Below are positions 48,542-59,100 of a stretch of DNA of 64,000 bases, in pieces (the stretch's first letter is position 1; each line of letters starts with the position of its first letter). A program made the position numbers and the translations under genes. The notes under the pieces were generated by a model, which did no database searches, was not told the DNA's origin, and was given only the letters and a program-made list of their open reading frames with translations. Source of the stretch: Verrucomicrobiota bacterium (GTDB lineage: Bacteria; Verrucomicrobiota; Verrucomicrobiia; Limisphaerales; AAA164-E04); assembly GCA_047947115.1 (NCBI GenBank), contig CP170459.1, positions 384,001 through 448,000 of the forward strand, read 5' to 3'.

Positions 48542-50479
48542 CTAGCGGATATCGGAATAATACGGATCACCGGTGATGGGATCGGTCAGTGGGGGTTTCC
48601 CAAGGCGTTTCTTAAGAATGATGAGGTTTTTCATGGCATCCAAATTGCCATAGTACCTCAAATCCCAGGACATTTGAAAATAATCATGAGCGGCCTCAAG
48701 ATCACCACGCTCCAGTTCATGGAATCCCATATGATTCACAATGATAATGTTCTTGGGATCCAGTGCAAATGCTCTGTCGAAATAGGGCGTCGCCTCATCT
48801 TCACGCCCCAAGGCATCCAGGCATCGACCAATCTCGGCGTAGGCATAGGGACAATCAGGCCAGGCCTGCAGGCTTTTTTCAAACCATTGAATGGCCACTT
48901 CCAATTGTTGTTCGTATCCGGAACCCGGAACGAAGCGATGACCGAGCTGGCTCAATAAATCACCGATGCGGTAAGAAGTCTCGAAGTTGCCGGGTTCAAC
49001 ACGCACCGATTCGGCGAGCGCTTCTATGTGATTGGAAGAGAAAGGTTCGGCTGCTTTGGCCTTTTGGAGCCATTTCGTTTCAAGGTAACGACCGGACATT
49101 GGGAACACCAGCAAACCAGTCATGCCCACCACCACCAATCCGGCTATGATTCGGTTCGGCCACCAGGATTTCCACCAATAACGCTCGGTAGAAAAACGCA
49201 GATGACTGACCAGAATACCCGCCAGAACCACCGCCAATATGCCATTGGCGGGTATGTACAGATTAAAATCGAACAAGGAATGCACACTGATTGCCAGTAG
49301 TGAAATGGAACTTCCCAACACAAATGCTGCCCGGTTGCTGTGTCGGTTTTTCCCGAAATCCCTCCCCTCCCTCATGACGTACTTCCGTGTTCTCCAGGCC
49401 CCAACCACCAGCAATACCAATCCCACCAAAAAAATGGCACCACCGATTAGTCCGTATTCGACCAACAAGTGAAGAAAATCATTGTGCACCCAACCTGGAC
49501 GTTCCTGAACTTCAGAAAGCCGGTAATCCTGAAACCTGTAATCGAACTGCCCGGGTCCCACACCCACCAAACGATGATCGCCCCACATCTTCCAGGATGC
49601 AGTCCAGATAAGAGAGCGCACACTGACCGGAGCCCCGGTATCGCGCTGCAAGGTTTGGTTAAGACGCTCCTTGAGACCTTCCGATTGATCAAAAATAAAA
49701 TAACCTCCGACCACGAAACAAAGTAAGGCCGCCCCTGCCTGGATGCGATACTTTCGGTGGCCCAGTAAAAGCACCAAAAAAGCCATAATGGAAACCCCGG
49801 TCGCCAACCAACCTCCACGGGACATGGTGACACCGATCCCGGCAAGGATCACCAGACAAGCATAGCCGAGAAACACTTTAAATGTGGCATTGAGTCTGCC
49901 GGCAAACAAATACGCCAGTCCAAGCGGCAAAACCATCTCCAGAAACCCTGCCAGATGATTTGGGCAAATGTAGGTTCCCGTACCACGATTCGCATACTGA
50001 GGTGGTTTGGTGATGTGCCATACCTGATTGGAATGTGTGACGTATTGGAAAAGAGCGTATGAGGCAACAAGCATGGCCACAAAGACCAGAAGAAGCGAAA
50101 GGATCTGGGTGGTCTCCTGCCCATGCAAAAAATTGACTGCCAGAAAAAAAAGCGTGCCATACAAAAGAATGCGCATGAGTTCATACTCACCTGCATATGG
50201 CACTTGAACGAAGCGATACCGCCAAAGGGCAAAACACATGAAAGCCAGCACCAACCAGCAAATGGGAGGCCAAAGAAGCCGATACCGCTTTCCACTGATT
50301 ATCAGCATCAGCCAGAGGGCGGACGCAACCACACATAGTGCGGTCAACAAAAGGAATCCAGAGGCATAAACCCCGCCAAAAAGAAGCGGCCCCAGGCAAA
50401 GCATCAACCCCAAAATGGCCACGATGCCCCATTCAAGCGGACTGGTGCTCTTTTTCTTGGGCATGCTTACTCTTTCCAA
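48542..50479 (-). CDS. O-antigen ligase family (Wzy_C) membrane protein with C-terminal TPR
   Basis: GTYICPNHLAG, TMSRGG, GVGPGQF, HNDFLHLLVEYGLIG, HSLFDFNL; TPR-like helices at the C-terminus. Confidence 0.88.
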   Translation of the reverse strand: MERVSMPKKKSTSPLEWGIVAILGLMLCLGPLLFGGVYASGFLLLTALCVVASALWLMLIISGKRYRLLWPPICWLVLAFMCFALWRYRFVQVPYAGEYELMRILLYGTLFFLAVNFLHGQETTQILSLLLVFVAMLVASYALFQYVTHSNQVWHITKPPQYANRGTGTYICPNHLAGFLEMVLPLGLAYLFAGRLNATFKVFLGYACLVILAGIGVTMSRGGWLATGVSIMAFLVLLLGHRKYRIQAGAALLCFVVGGYFIFDQSEGLKERLNQTLQRDTGAPVSVRSLIWTASWKMWGDHRLVGVGPGQFDYRFQDYRLSEVQERPGWVHNDFLHLLVEYGLIGGAIFLVGLVLLVVGAWRTRKYVMREGRDFGKNRHSNRAAFVLGSSISLLAISVHSLFDFNLYIPANGILAVVLAGILVSHLRFSTERYWWKSWWPNRIIAGLVVVGMTGLLVFPMSGRYLETKWLQKAKAAEPFSSNHIEALAESVRVEPGNFETSYRIGDLLSQLGHRFVPGSGYEQQLEVAIQWFEKSLQAWPDCPYAYAEIGRCLDALGREDEATPYFDRAFALDPKNIIIVNHMGFHELERGDLEAAHDYFQMSWDLRYYGNLDAMKNLIILKKRLGKPPLTDPITGDPYYSDIR

Positions 50480-51225
50480 GCGTGAACAACAATACGATCA
50501 AAACGAAGCCCACTCCAAAATTGATGTCCGCGATTCCACTTATAGTAAGCTGCTTTGGCAATACGCCAGGGCAACGATCTCACCCCGGACACTACCTTGA
50601 CCCTTTTGAAACCGACCGTCTTTAGCATCCCAACCACCGCTGCGGTGTTTGGACCACACCAGTTGGTCGGGTCCTGGCCCACCTCATCGGTAGGATAGAA
50701 AGCAATTGCCGGACGACGATGCCACAGCATGTCCACCGCAGTCTCCAAAATGACCATATCCTTGGTCACACTGGCCACTTTTTCCAATGACAGCAATGGG
50801 TGCCGCATGTGATAAAGTACACCCAGAAAAAAAACCACATCGTGGATGCCGACGTTCTCCGGTGAAATGTCGAGGATATCCACTTCCTTTTCGTCGACCT
50901 TGGAATTCAGCACCCGCTTGGCGAGATTGAATCCGCTTTTATCCGCCCAATCCACACCGCCTCGCCAGATGAAACTGTCGGTGGCCAGAACCTTGTCCGC
51001 ACCGCGACGCTCCGCCTCAAAAGCAAAAAAGCCGTCCCAGGAACCGATGTCCAAGACACTCCTGCCCTTGAAAGATTCCGGAAATTCCAGTCTCTTCAAT
51101 TTTTTGGGACTGTTGTCCTGTCCGGGGGTGACGATACCGTGCCCCAGATCAATGGTGTGATGCCACTTGAGTGCGTCTACTTCTTTGCGAACCTGTTCAA
51201 TGTCTGATTGGGAAAGTGAATTCAT
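50467..51225 (-). CDS. Class I SAM-dependent methyltransferase (CmoB-like/DUF1698)
   Basis: WHHTIDLG, VLDIGSWDGFF, FLGVLYHMRHP, DPTNW. Confidence 0.8.
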   Translation of the reverse strand: MNSLSQSDIEQVRKEVDALKWHHTIDLGHGIVTPGQDNSPKKLKRLEFPESFKGRSVLDIGSWDGFFAFEAERRGADKVLATDSFIWRGGVDWADKSGFNLAKRVLNSKVDEKEVDILDISPENVGIHDVVFFLGVLYHMRHPLLSLEKVASVTKDMVILETAVDMLWHRRPAIAFYPTDEVGQDPTNWCGPNTAAVVGMLKTVGFKRVKVVSGVRSLPWRIAKAAYYKWNRGHQFWSGLRFDRIVVHAWKE

Positions 51226-51260
51226 AGGGATTCAATTGGTTGAATCGTGTTTGAAGGATG

Positions 51261-52838
51261 TCACACGGGACTGAGTCTCGGGGCGTTGACGGGGGCCGAA
51301 TCCAATGATTTCTCATCTGCCTGCTCAGACGCTTCCTCAGCCTCCAGTCTTGCAAGTAAATTTCGTCGGCATGCCAACAGCAGCCCGGCCTGAAGTGAAA
51401 AGGTCTTCATGGCATATTCAGCGTCCCCATGGAAAATAAAGAACGCGATAATATTAGCCATCCAGGTACCGGCCACAATACAAGTCATGCGTGAAAAATT
51501 ATCATGAACACCATAAATCCTGAGATACTTAATCAACCGCCAAGCCACCAGGGATCCCGAAAACAGAAAAACGCCCATGAATATGGTGCCGAACAGGCCG
51601 GTATTGACCATCAAACCGATGAATCCATTGTAAAATCGCCCTTGGTTCACGTGAATGGTAACCTGGGTGGGATCCCACAAGTGGGAGAAGTCTCGACTAG
51701 GCATACCAAATCCACGCCCCATCCAAATGTACTCCGGCATGAGTTTCGTTCCGGCTTCTCGCAATAGTCGCCTGGTTTCAAGCGTACCTGAACTGTCCGA
51801 CCGGGCCATACTGTGGATCTTCACCCCAGGGATATAAGACAAAGCACGTTGTGCAGCGAGCGGCATGCTCTGGATGTTGGCAATGACAATCAACAATCCC
51901 AACAAAACCGCACTACCGACCATGGCAATATCGGTCATGCGATAGAATTTCTGAGTAAATGCGATAAAGAAAAAGGCCACCATGAGAATCAGCGAGAGGT
52001 AGCGATGGCCACTCAAAAGTCCCATGGCAAAAAACCCCAACGTCAAAGGAATCAAATAGACCCCTTTCCTCGAAAAGTAATCACGCAAATTATGGAAAAC
52101 CAGAATCAGGAAGATCAATCCCTGACTCACAATGTTCAAGGACTGATAACGACGAATACCGCCCCCCTGGGCCATACGCTCGAAACTGGCTGCGTCTCCG
52201 GGCAATTCGAAAAAATTCAAAATAAACCACAAACCACCGGCCTTACCTGAGGCAAACGCAAAGTCCGACACGAAATAGGTGACGGTCAACAAACACTGAA
52301 TCACGAATAGCCTGATCAAAACCTTCTCATTCAGCCTGAGCATGATGAACAACAAAGGGAAAATGGCGCAGCTGAACTGCTGGAAATAAAAGCGGCCACC
52401 CTGCTGGTCACTGCCAAAAATACGCATCCCGAAGCCCCGGTAAAACATGGTGATCATCAACACGGTACAATAACCGATAATCCCCACGAACAGCCATCGA
52501 TGCCTGCGAACCACCTCTCCCGCATCAGGGCAATACTTCCTGAGCGAAATGGTGATAACCAGCCCTGACCAGGCAAGCAGTGCAGCAAATTCCCACATGT
52601 AAGGCCGACCTGGGAAATAAGGCAGAATCAAGGCCGACGTATAGGTGGTCAATGAAAGCCATGCAGCCAGATTGGCATGGTAAGGAATCAGGAAGAGCCA
52701 GGCGATGGCGATCAAGGCAAATGCCAGGGTAAAGATGTTCGAAGCCAAATAGAAGCCGATCATCATGGCACAGACACCTATGATGCCGAACCAAAATATC
52801 TGCTGGAACTGAATTCTACTTTCGAAACTGCTTGCCAC
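51261..52838 (-). CDS. Wzy/O-antigen ligase-like polytopic membrane protein
   Basis: About 12 hydrophobic helices; LSGHR; WMGRGFG; YNGFIGLMVNTGLFG in place of the HN...G.G motif. Confidence 0.65.
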   Translation of the reverse strand: MASSFESRIQFQQIFWFGIIGVCAMMIGFYLASNIFTLAFALIAIAWLFLIPYHANLAAWLSLTTYTSALILPYFPGRPYMWEFAALLAWSGLVITISLRKYCPDAGEVVRRHRWLFVGIIGYCTVLMITMFYRGFGMRIFGSDQQGGRFYFQQFSCAIFPLLFIMLRLNEKVLIRLFVIQCLLTVTYFVSDFAFASGKAGGLWFILNFFELPGDAASFERMAQGGGIRRYQSLNIVSQGLIFLILVFHNLRDYFSRKGVYLIPLTLGFFAMGLLSGHRYLSLILMVAFFFIAFTQKFYRMTDIAMVGSAVLLGLLIVIANIQSMPLAAQRALSYIPGVKIHSMARSDSSGTLETRRLLREAGTKLMPEYIWMGRGFGMPSRDFSHLWDPTQVTIHVNQGRFYNGFIGLMVNTGLFGTIFMGVFLFSGSLVAWRLIKYLRIYGVHDNFSRMTCIVAGTWMANIIAFFIFHGDAEYAMKTFSLQAGLLLACRRNLLARLEAEEASEQADEKSLDSAPVNAPRLSPV

Positions 52839-52988
52839 CGCCCCTTACATAGAGACTCAAGCCCTTAATGCAATCTTTTTCTTGAAAACAGAGCTAAAAG
52901 CCAAGCAACCCAAATCCACAAACACACCGATAATCAACAACGATTTAGGATGGCCAAACAAGCCTGAAACGGTAGTATCCAGCACCAT

Positions 52989-54746
52989 ATGATGCAATCC
53001 ATTAACAATGTGCTGACCTTGCTTCCAGAGGGGGCAACCTGGGCCATCTCGCTCACTTTGATTTTTCTACTGGTGGGTTGGATCAGTTCCATTGCCATTG
53101 CCGCCAGACAGAAAGGGTTGTTACTGATTGCTTTTATCCCACTGACCAACCCCTTGGCAGTCGTGGCTTTACTTTTCAAGCAAACATCCACAGGACTCAT
53201 CCCCTTCAGTTGTTATGCGCTCGCTTTGGCCACCTGGCTTTATGGCGGCAATCATGCGCACAAGGTGGAATTTGAGCGGCTGGCCGCCTATGAAGGACAA
53301 CTTTCAGAAAATGGAGAACCCCTGAGGGCATCCGCCTACAAGCAGTCTCCCATCAACCCTGACAACAATGTTTGGGACCACCCCTACCTCAAAACCCTGG
53401 GCCTTGCCGGTCAAAGAAATCAGGAAGGCGATCAGGCACGCAAAGAAATGGAGGGGCTTTACAAAAGCTGGAGCCTCCCAAAACATGGCGTCAGCGTCAA
53501 ATATGAAACACCTGAGGAAGATCGCCAGCCGTTCATCGACCCGGTCAGGAATATACATGATCTATCGATCCAATACCTCCAATCCTCGGGTGAGCCGGAT
53601 ATCAAATGGCCGACCACGCCCCAATCATCCGCCCAGGTTCTGGAACCATTCTTCAGTGAGAGAAGGGATGATTTGAAAAGACTGCGTGAAGCCGTCACCC
53701 GGCCTGAGGATGTCTATCCTCATGCTTGGGAAAATGGTTTTGACATGCTCCTGCCCCAATTGGCCAAACTGAAAAGCTTCACCCAAATCAGCTCACTCAG
53801 TTCGATTTATCACAGTCTCCAGGGTCATCAGGAAGAGTCCTACCAAAACGCCCGACTCACGTTTCAACTGGCGATGACCGGAGATACCGATCTACTGATT
53901 TCCAGATTGGTGCAATTCGCCCAGCTCCAGATCGCACTGGAAACAATCATGGCAGCCCAACAAACTCATCTGTGGTCGGACGAACAATGGGTGGAAATCA
54001 GATCTTTTTTAAATGATTACAACGCTATCAAACACATGCCCAACAGTTTGAGACTGGAAAGAGCTGTCGGATATTCCTACATAGAACCCATGTTCAACCA
54101 ATCATGGAGCAAAGCCATGAAACGACTGGGCCAGTTGGGAGGTTCCGGCCAGATGGAAACTGAGACCGGAATGGCAATGAACCTGTTGGAATCGATGGCT
54201 TCCAAGTTTTCTCAAGCTTTTCTGGCAAAGCAATGGAGACTGTGCATGGAGGCTTATACATTCATGATTGCGGATATGGAACAAGCTGTGGCGGCTTCGA
54301 AAGAAACACCTTGGAAAGATATCCAATCCAACTGGGCCGACCAAAACATCCTGAACTATGGAATCCTTGCCAAAATGTTGATCCCAGCACTAAGCAACAT
54401 CCAGGAAAAAGCGATCCATATTCAAGTCAAACTCGAACTCGCAAAAGTGGCAATTGATCTTGAGCGTTTCTACCTAAAGCATGGAAGCTATCCGGATTCT
54501 CTCGACGACCTCAGCCCAACCTACCGACTTACCCCTCCCCTGGATCCCATGACTCAAAAAGCTCTCTCCTACAGAAGGAACGAGGGGGGCGGTTTTGAGA
54601 TGTTTTCGGTCGGCATGAACGGCACGGATGATGGCGGCAAGCACATCAAGAAACCCAAGCGCAACCAAACCAATCCGCCGGATGATTTGCTATGGCGGAT
54701 TGAGAAATCTTCACCTTTATTACCTGCATTTCAAGTGGATGCATAA
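52989..54746 (+). CDS. Membrane-anchored hypothetical protein with C-terminal pseudopilin-like (GspG-like) motif
   Basis: Three N-terminal TMs; C-terminal AIDLERFYLKHGSYPDSLDDL...DPMT...FSVGMNGTDDGG. Confidence 0.65.
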   Translation: MMQSINNVLTLLPEGATWAISLTLIFLLVGWISSIAIAARQKGLLLIAFIPLTNPLAVVALLFKQTSTGLIPFSCYALALATWLYGGNHAHKVEFERLAAYEGQLSENGEPLRASAYKQSPINPDNNVWDHPYLKTLGLAGQRNQEGDQARKEMEGLYKSWSLPKHGVSVKYETPEEDRQPFIDPVRNIHDLSIQYLQSSGEPDIKWPTTPQSSAQVLEPFFSERRDDLKRLREAVTRPEDVYPHAWENGFDMLLPQLAKLKSFTQISSLSSIYHSLQGHQEESYQNARLTFQLAMTGDTDLLISRLVQFAQLQIALETIMAAQQTHLWSDEQWVEIRSFLNDYNAIKHMPNSLRLERAVGYSYIEPMFNQSWSKAMKRLGQLGGSGQMETETGMAMNLLESMASKFSQAFLAKQWRLCMEAYTFMIADMEQAVAASKETPWKDIQSNWADQNILNYGILAKMLIPALSNIQEKAIHIQVKLELAKVAIDLERFYLKHGSYPDSLDDLSPTYRLTPPLDPMTQKALSYRRNEGGGFEMFSVGMNGTDDGGKHIKKPKRNQTNPPDDLLWRIEKSSPLLPAFQVDA

Positions 54747-54818
54747 AGTCACCCGTATTGTTACTGGCCTAAAAGGGCTTTTAACGTTACATTGTGAGGC
54801 TAATTTAGATACATTCAC

Positions 54819-55931
54819 ATGGCGTTTGTTTACAACGAGGAGCAATTAAGGGATGTTTCCACCCGCTTTCATTGATATGGCGAGATCATGCACGCTGAAG
54901 CGTGCAAGATCGGCCATATCAATGAAACCTACACGGCCACATATGGCCAGGGAGGCAATGAGGTTCGCTACATCCACCAGAAAATCAACGGAAAGGTGTT
55001 CAAAAACCCAATCCAGGTCATGGATAATGTCGACCGGGTCACCAAGCACATCCGACAAAAACTGACTGATCAATCGGAAACAGATGTGACGCGAAAAGTC
55101 TTGGTTATCGTGCCTTCACGCGATGGGAAATGTTATTATCAGGATGAGGAAGGCCATTACTGGCGGACGTTCGTCTATATCGAGAACATTCGGACCTATG
55201 AATCGGTCCTCTCCAGCAAGCAGGCCTTCGAAGCAGGCAAGGCATTCGGCAAATTCGTGTATTTGCTTTCAGACATGAAAGGGCCAAGGTTGCATGAAAC
55301 CATCCCCCAATTCCACGATGTGCGCATGCGCTTTGACGCATTCATCAATGCTCTGGAAAAAGACCATTTCAACCGCGCCAAGCTGGCCCAAAAGGAAATC
55401 AAATTCTACGAACAAAAAGAAACCATTGTCCGCAAACTTGAAAAAGCGATCAAAGCCGGAGACCTGCCCGAACGCATCACCCACAATGACACCAAATTCA
55501 ACAATGTGCTGCTGGACGTGGAAACGGATGAAGAACAATGCGTGGTCGATCTGGACACCGTCATGCCCGGTAACGTCCTTTACGATTTCGGAGACATGAT
55601 AAGAACGACCACCAGCCCGACGGTCGAAGATGAACTGGATCTGACCAAAGTGCGCATGCGCATGCCGTTTTTCAAGAACCTGGCAAAGGGATATCTGAGC
55701 GGCACACAGGGAATCCTGACCAAGAAGGAGAAAAAGATGATGGCATTCTCCGGAAAAATGATGACGTTCACCATAGGCTTGCGCTTTTTAACCGATTATC
55801 TATCAGGAGACACTTACTTCAGAGTGCACCGACCCCAACACAACCTCGACCGCTCACGCACACAGCTAAAATTAATCCAATCCATTGAGCGGCAAGAAGA
55901 AAAGATGCAACAATTTGTCGACAGCCTGTAA
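54819..55931 (+). CDS. Aminoglycoside phosphotransferase-fold sugar kinase (N-acetylhexosamine 1-kinase/MdsC-like); in-frame TGA near the 5' end
   Basis: GHINETY, QKIN, HETIPQFH, THNDTKFNN, DLDTVMPG, DFGD, RFLTDYL. ATG 54819 is in frame but TGA occurs at 54873; the intact ORF restarts at 54888. Confidence 0.8.
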
Positions 55932-56108
55932 CTTGAACCTTTCAGTCAAGGGTTCTGCCGATTGAATGTGCCTCAAGACGCACATAAATCATTGCTAGTC
56001 AAACGGGATCTTGTGTGTTAGAAGGATGCTCCAAGGTAAGTGTTTGAGGAAATATGTGTCCACTATTCCTCGGATCCGCGCCCATCAATCTGACATACAA
56101 GGTCAATT

Positions 56109-59100
56109 ATGGATCCTAAACAAGGAGTCGTTTTTTATAATGCAGCGCCAGCAACGCCGAGCGCTGCGCCAAATGATCATTCGGTCAAGTCTTTGCCAGG
56201 TCGATGTCTCGGACTGTTCATTCTGCTGCCCGTGTTGCTGGGCATCCCTTCGGTCTGCGCCCAAACCCTGAACAATCAGGACAGTGACAACGATGGGGTC
56301 TCCGATCTGGAAGAAACCACCATCTATCGCACACACCCTTTTAGCGCGGACTCTGATGAAGACGGAATCCCGGACCTGACTGAAATTGAAGATCCGGAAC
56401 TGGATCCGCTCAATCCAGCTGTCTTCATTCCCAAACGATTGTTCAGCATTCAATTTGAAACGAATGACGGCAGCAATCTCAACGGCATTGTCCCTTTCAA
56501 GGCTGATCACCTGGAATTGACGGATGGAGCGTTCCTGAACGGAAACCGGTTTTCAAACGCTTCAAATGGCCAGTTGCAGTTTCCATATCGACAAGCAGAT
56601 GGCACCCCGCTGGTGAACTTACGCCGCGGTTCCATTCGATTCTGGTATCGTCCCGACTGGTCCAGCAGGTCTATGGGTGGGGACGGTCCTGGTAATTTTG
56701 GTCGATTGCTGGAGTTGGGGGTCAACAGTTCGGATTTCAATCAGGGCTGGTGGTCCCTGTATTTTAATCCATTCTCGGACCGTATCCAATTAGCCAGTAA
56801 AAGCAGCGGATTTGCCAGCCCTCAACTCAATGTTGGCATCGCCCTGGAGGAGGGGCAATGGTACCAGTTCGTCCTGACCTACAACACGACGCAGATCCAG
56901 CTTTATCTCAACGGAACACAAATCGGGACCGGCGCAGGCATGCAGGATTTTCCCAGGGATGCAGACCGGGTGGCCAGCGGACTTTGGATCGGCTCCTCAT
57001 ATCTTGACGGATTTCAGATCAACGGCACTCTGGATGCGTTGGAAACGTTCAACTACGAACTCAATCCGGACAATATTCAAGCGGATTACGAAGCCACTCA
57101 AACCGACTCCGACGGAGATGGAATTAATGATTTTCAAGAAATCCTGATTTATGGGACCAAACACACGAAAGCGGATACCGATGATGACGGCATCAACGAT
57201 CTGAGCGAAATCGAAGCAGGAACGTCCCCCACAAATCCAACCGAATTCCCCGCATTACAACTCGCATCGTTTGACTTTGACAATGGCACACTCGAAGGCA
57301 ATCGGGGCCAGATGCCCACAACCCGTTTGAATATCGACTGGATCCGAAGCTGGAACAACGCCGCCGTAAGCATCGGTTCCCGTACCCATCGGTTCTGTCT
57401 TATGCATTTCAGGAAAAGAACCTTTCACACAACATCAACCTTCCTTTCGGTACCATCAGATTCTGGATTTCTCCCAATTGGAGATCCGGAGAGAAGCAGG
57501 ATTCAGTGGGCAGGTTGCTGGAAGTGGGACGATGGACGCCGGACGCGTCGCAAGGATGGTGGGCCCTGCAATTCAACGAAAACCGCGAGTTATTGCAATT
57601 CATCACGCAAGGAAATGGTCAATCCTATTTCAATATTTCACACGGAATCGAGTGGCGCCCCGACAGATGGTACCATATCGCCCTGACCTATGGCCTCTTC
57701 GAATCAAAGTTGTTCATCAATGGAGAGCTCGTCCAGCGCGGCAGCGGTGTTTCTGTCTATCCCTCAAAAGAAACAGCCATTCAAAGCGGCATCCACCTAG
57801 GCGGTTCTCAAAGTGGTTTGTTTAGCGCCAACGTTCGTTTGGATGATGTCGAAACCTTTAATTACACCCTTTCCGACCAGGAACACCTGAATTATTTCCT
57901 GTCAACCGGACCGGATCCGGACGGAGATGGGATCATATCCTTTGATGAAACACTGCTTTATCTGACCGATCCACAAAACCCTGATTCAGACTATGACGGT
58001 GTTCTTGATGGACAGGAAATCGATGAGGGAACAGACCCGAGCCTGGACTTTGACGTTTTGCCCCGGCAACTGGCATCCTTCGGTTTTGAAGGAGCTTCAC
58101 TGGAAGGAAACAGAAATCAACGGCCCCTCATCAAAGGATCGCACCGACAAATTCCAGGTTGGAAGGGATATGGGGTGGAGTTGACCAGCAAAGAAGTGCA
58201 ACAATTCTCCTATCGGGACGTGGAAAGGAATGGCTTGCCAAATATCAACGTTAAACGAGGAAGTGCCCGTTTTTGGATACGTCCCAATTGGGATTCCGGC
58301 GATGGCCCCAATGGAGACGCCCCCCTGCTGGAAATGGGAGCCCCTTCCGAGGATCAATTAAACGGTTGGTGGAGTTTACATCTAACCGACCACGGCAGAC
58401 GCATTCGCATCCAATTCCAGGGGCGGGGCCGCACGTTTGCGGGATTCAACCATCAGATCGATTGGAAAGAGGGCGAATGGCATCATGTCGTCGCCAGCTA
58501 TGATATCAGTGGAAGCGAGCTTTGGATCGATGGAGACAAAGTCGCCTCTGGGCTCGGTACAATTGAATTCCCCAATCTGGAAACCAGAGCCGAAACAGGG
58601 ATGATTGTCGGAGTCAGCCCGCGTCGTCCCCTTGCCATTGAAGGAACCATGGACGAACTGGTCACCTACAACTACAGACTCTCGCCTGCGGAAATTGAGG
58701 CGGATTATTCACCAGTGCCACCGGATTCAGACACAGACGGACTGAGTGATATTGACGAGTTGACCATCTATCTGACGAACCACCTGGACCCGGACACAGA
58801 CGCAGACGGCGTACCGGACGGACAGGAAATCCTTGAGGGCACCAATCCCCTGGACGATTCAGTCTTTGAACCTCGCCTGCTTAGTCGGTTCTCCTTTAAC
58901 GATCCTTCCCTAACAGGGGAACAAGGCCAAATACCGCTTACCGCGAATCAGGCCAACGTGGAAGAGTCATTCCCGATGGGTGGCACCGGTTTTCGATCCG
59001 ATGATGGGAGTTTGTTGGTTTACAATCTCAGAGAACCGAACGGAAAACTCAACATCGACCTGCGGCGGGGAGCTGTACGATTTTGGTTCAAACCAAATTG

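Noticed and set aside
50467..51225. tRNA carboxymethyltransferase cmoB
   Set aside because: Shorter than CmoB, lacks its N-terminal region, and lies in a glycan-related context.
17979..54875. Stop-codon reassignment or selenocysteine as an explanation for the in-frame stops
   Set aside because: The stops are of two types (TGA, TAA), fall at positions not suggestive of Trp/Gly/Cys, and many genes here end normally at TGA or TAA.
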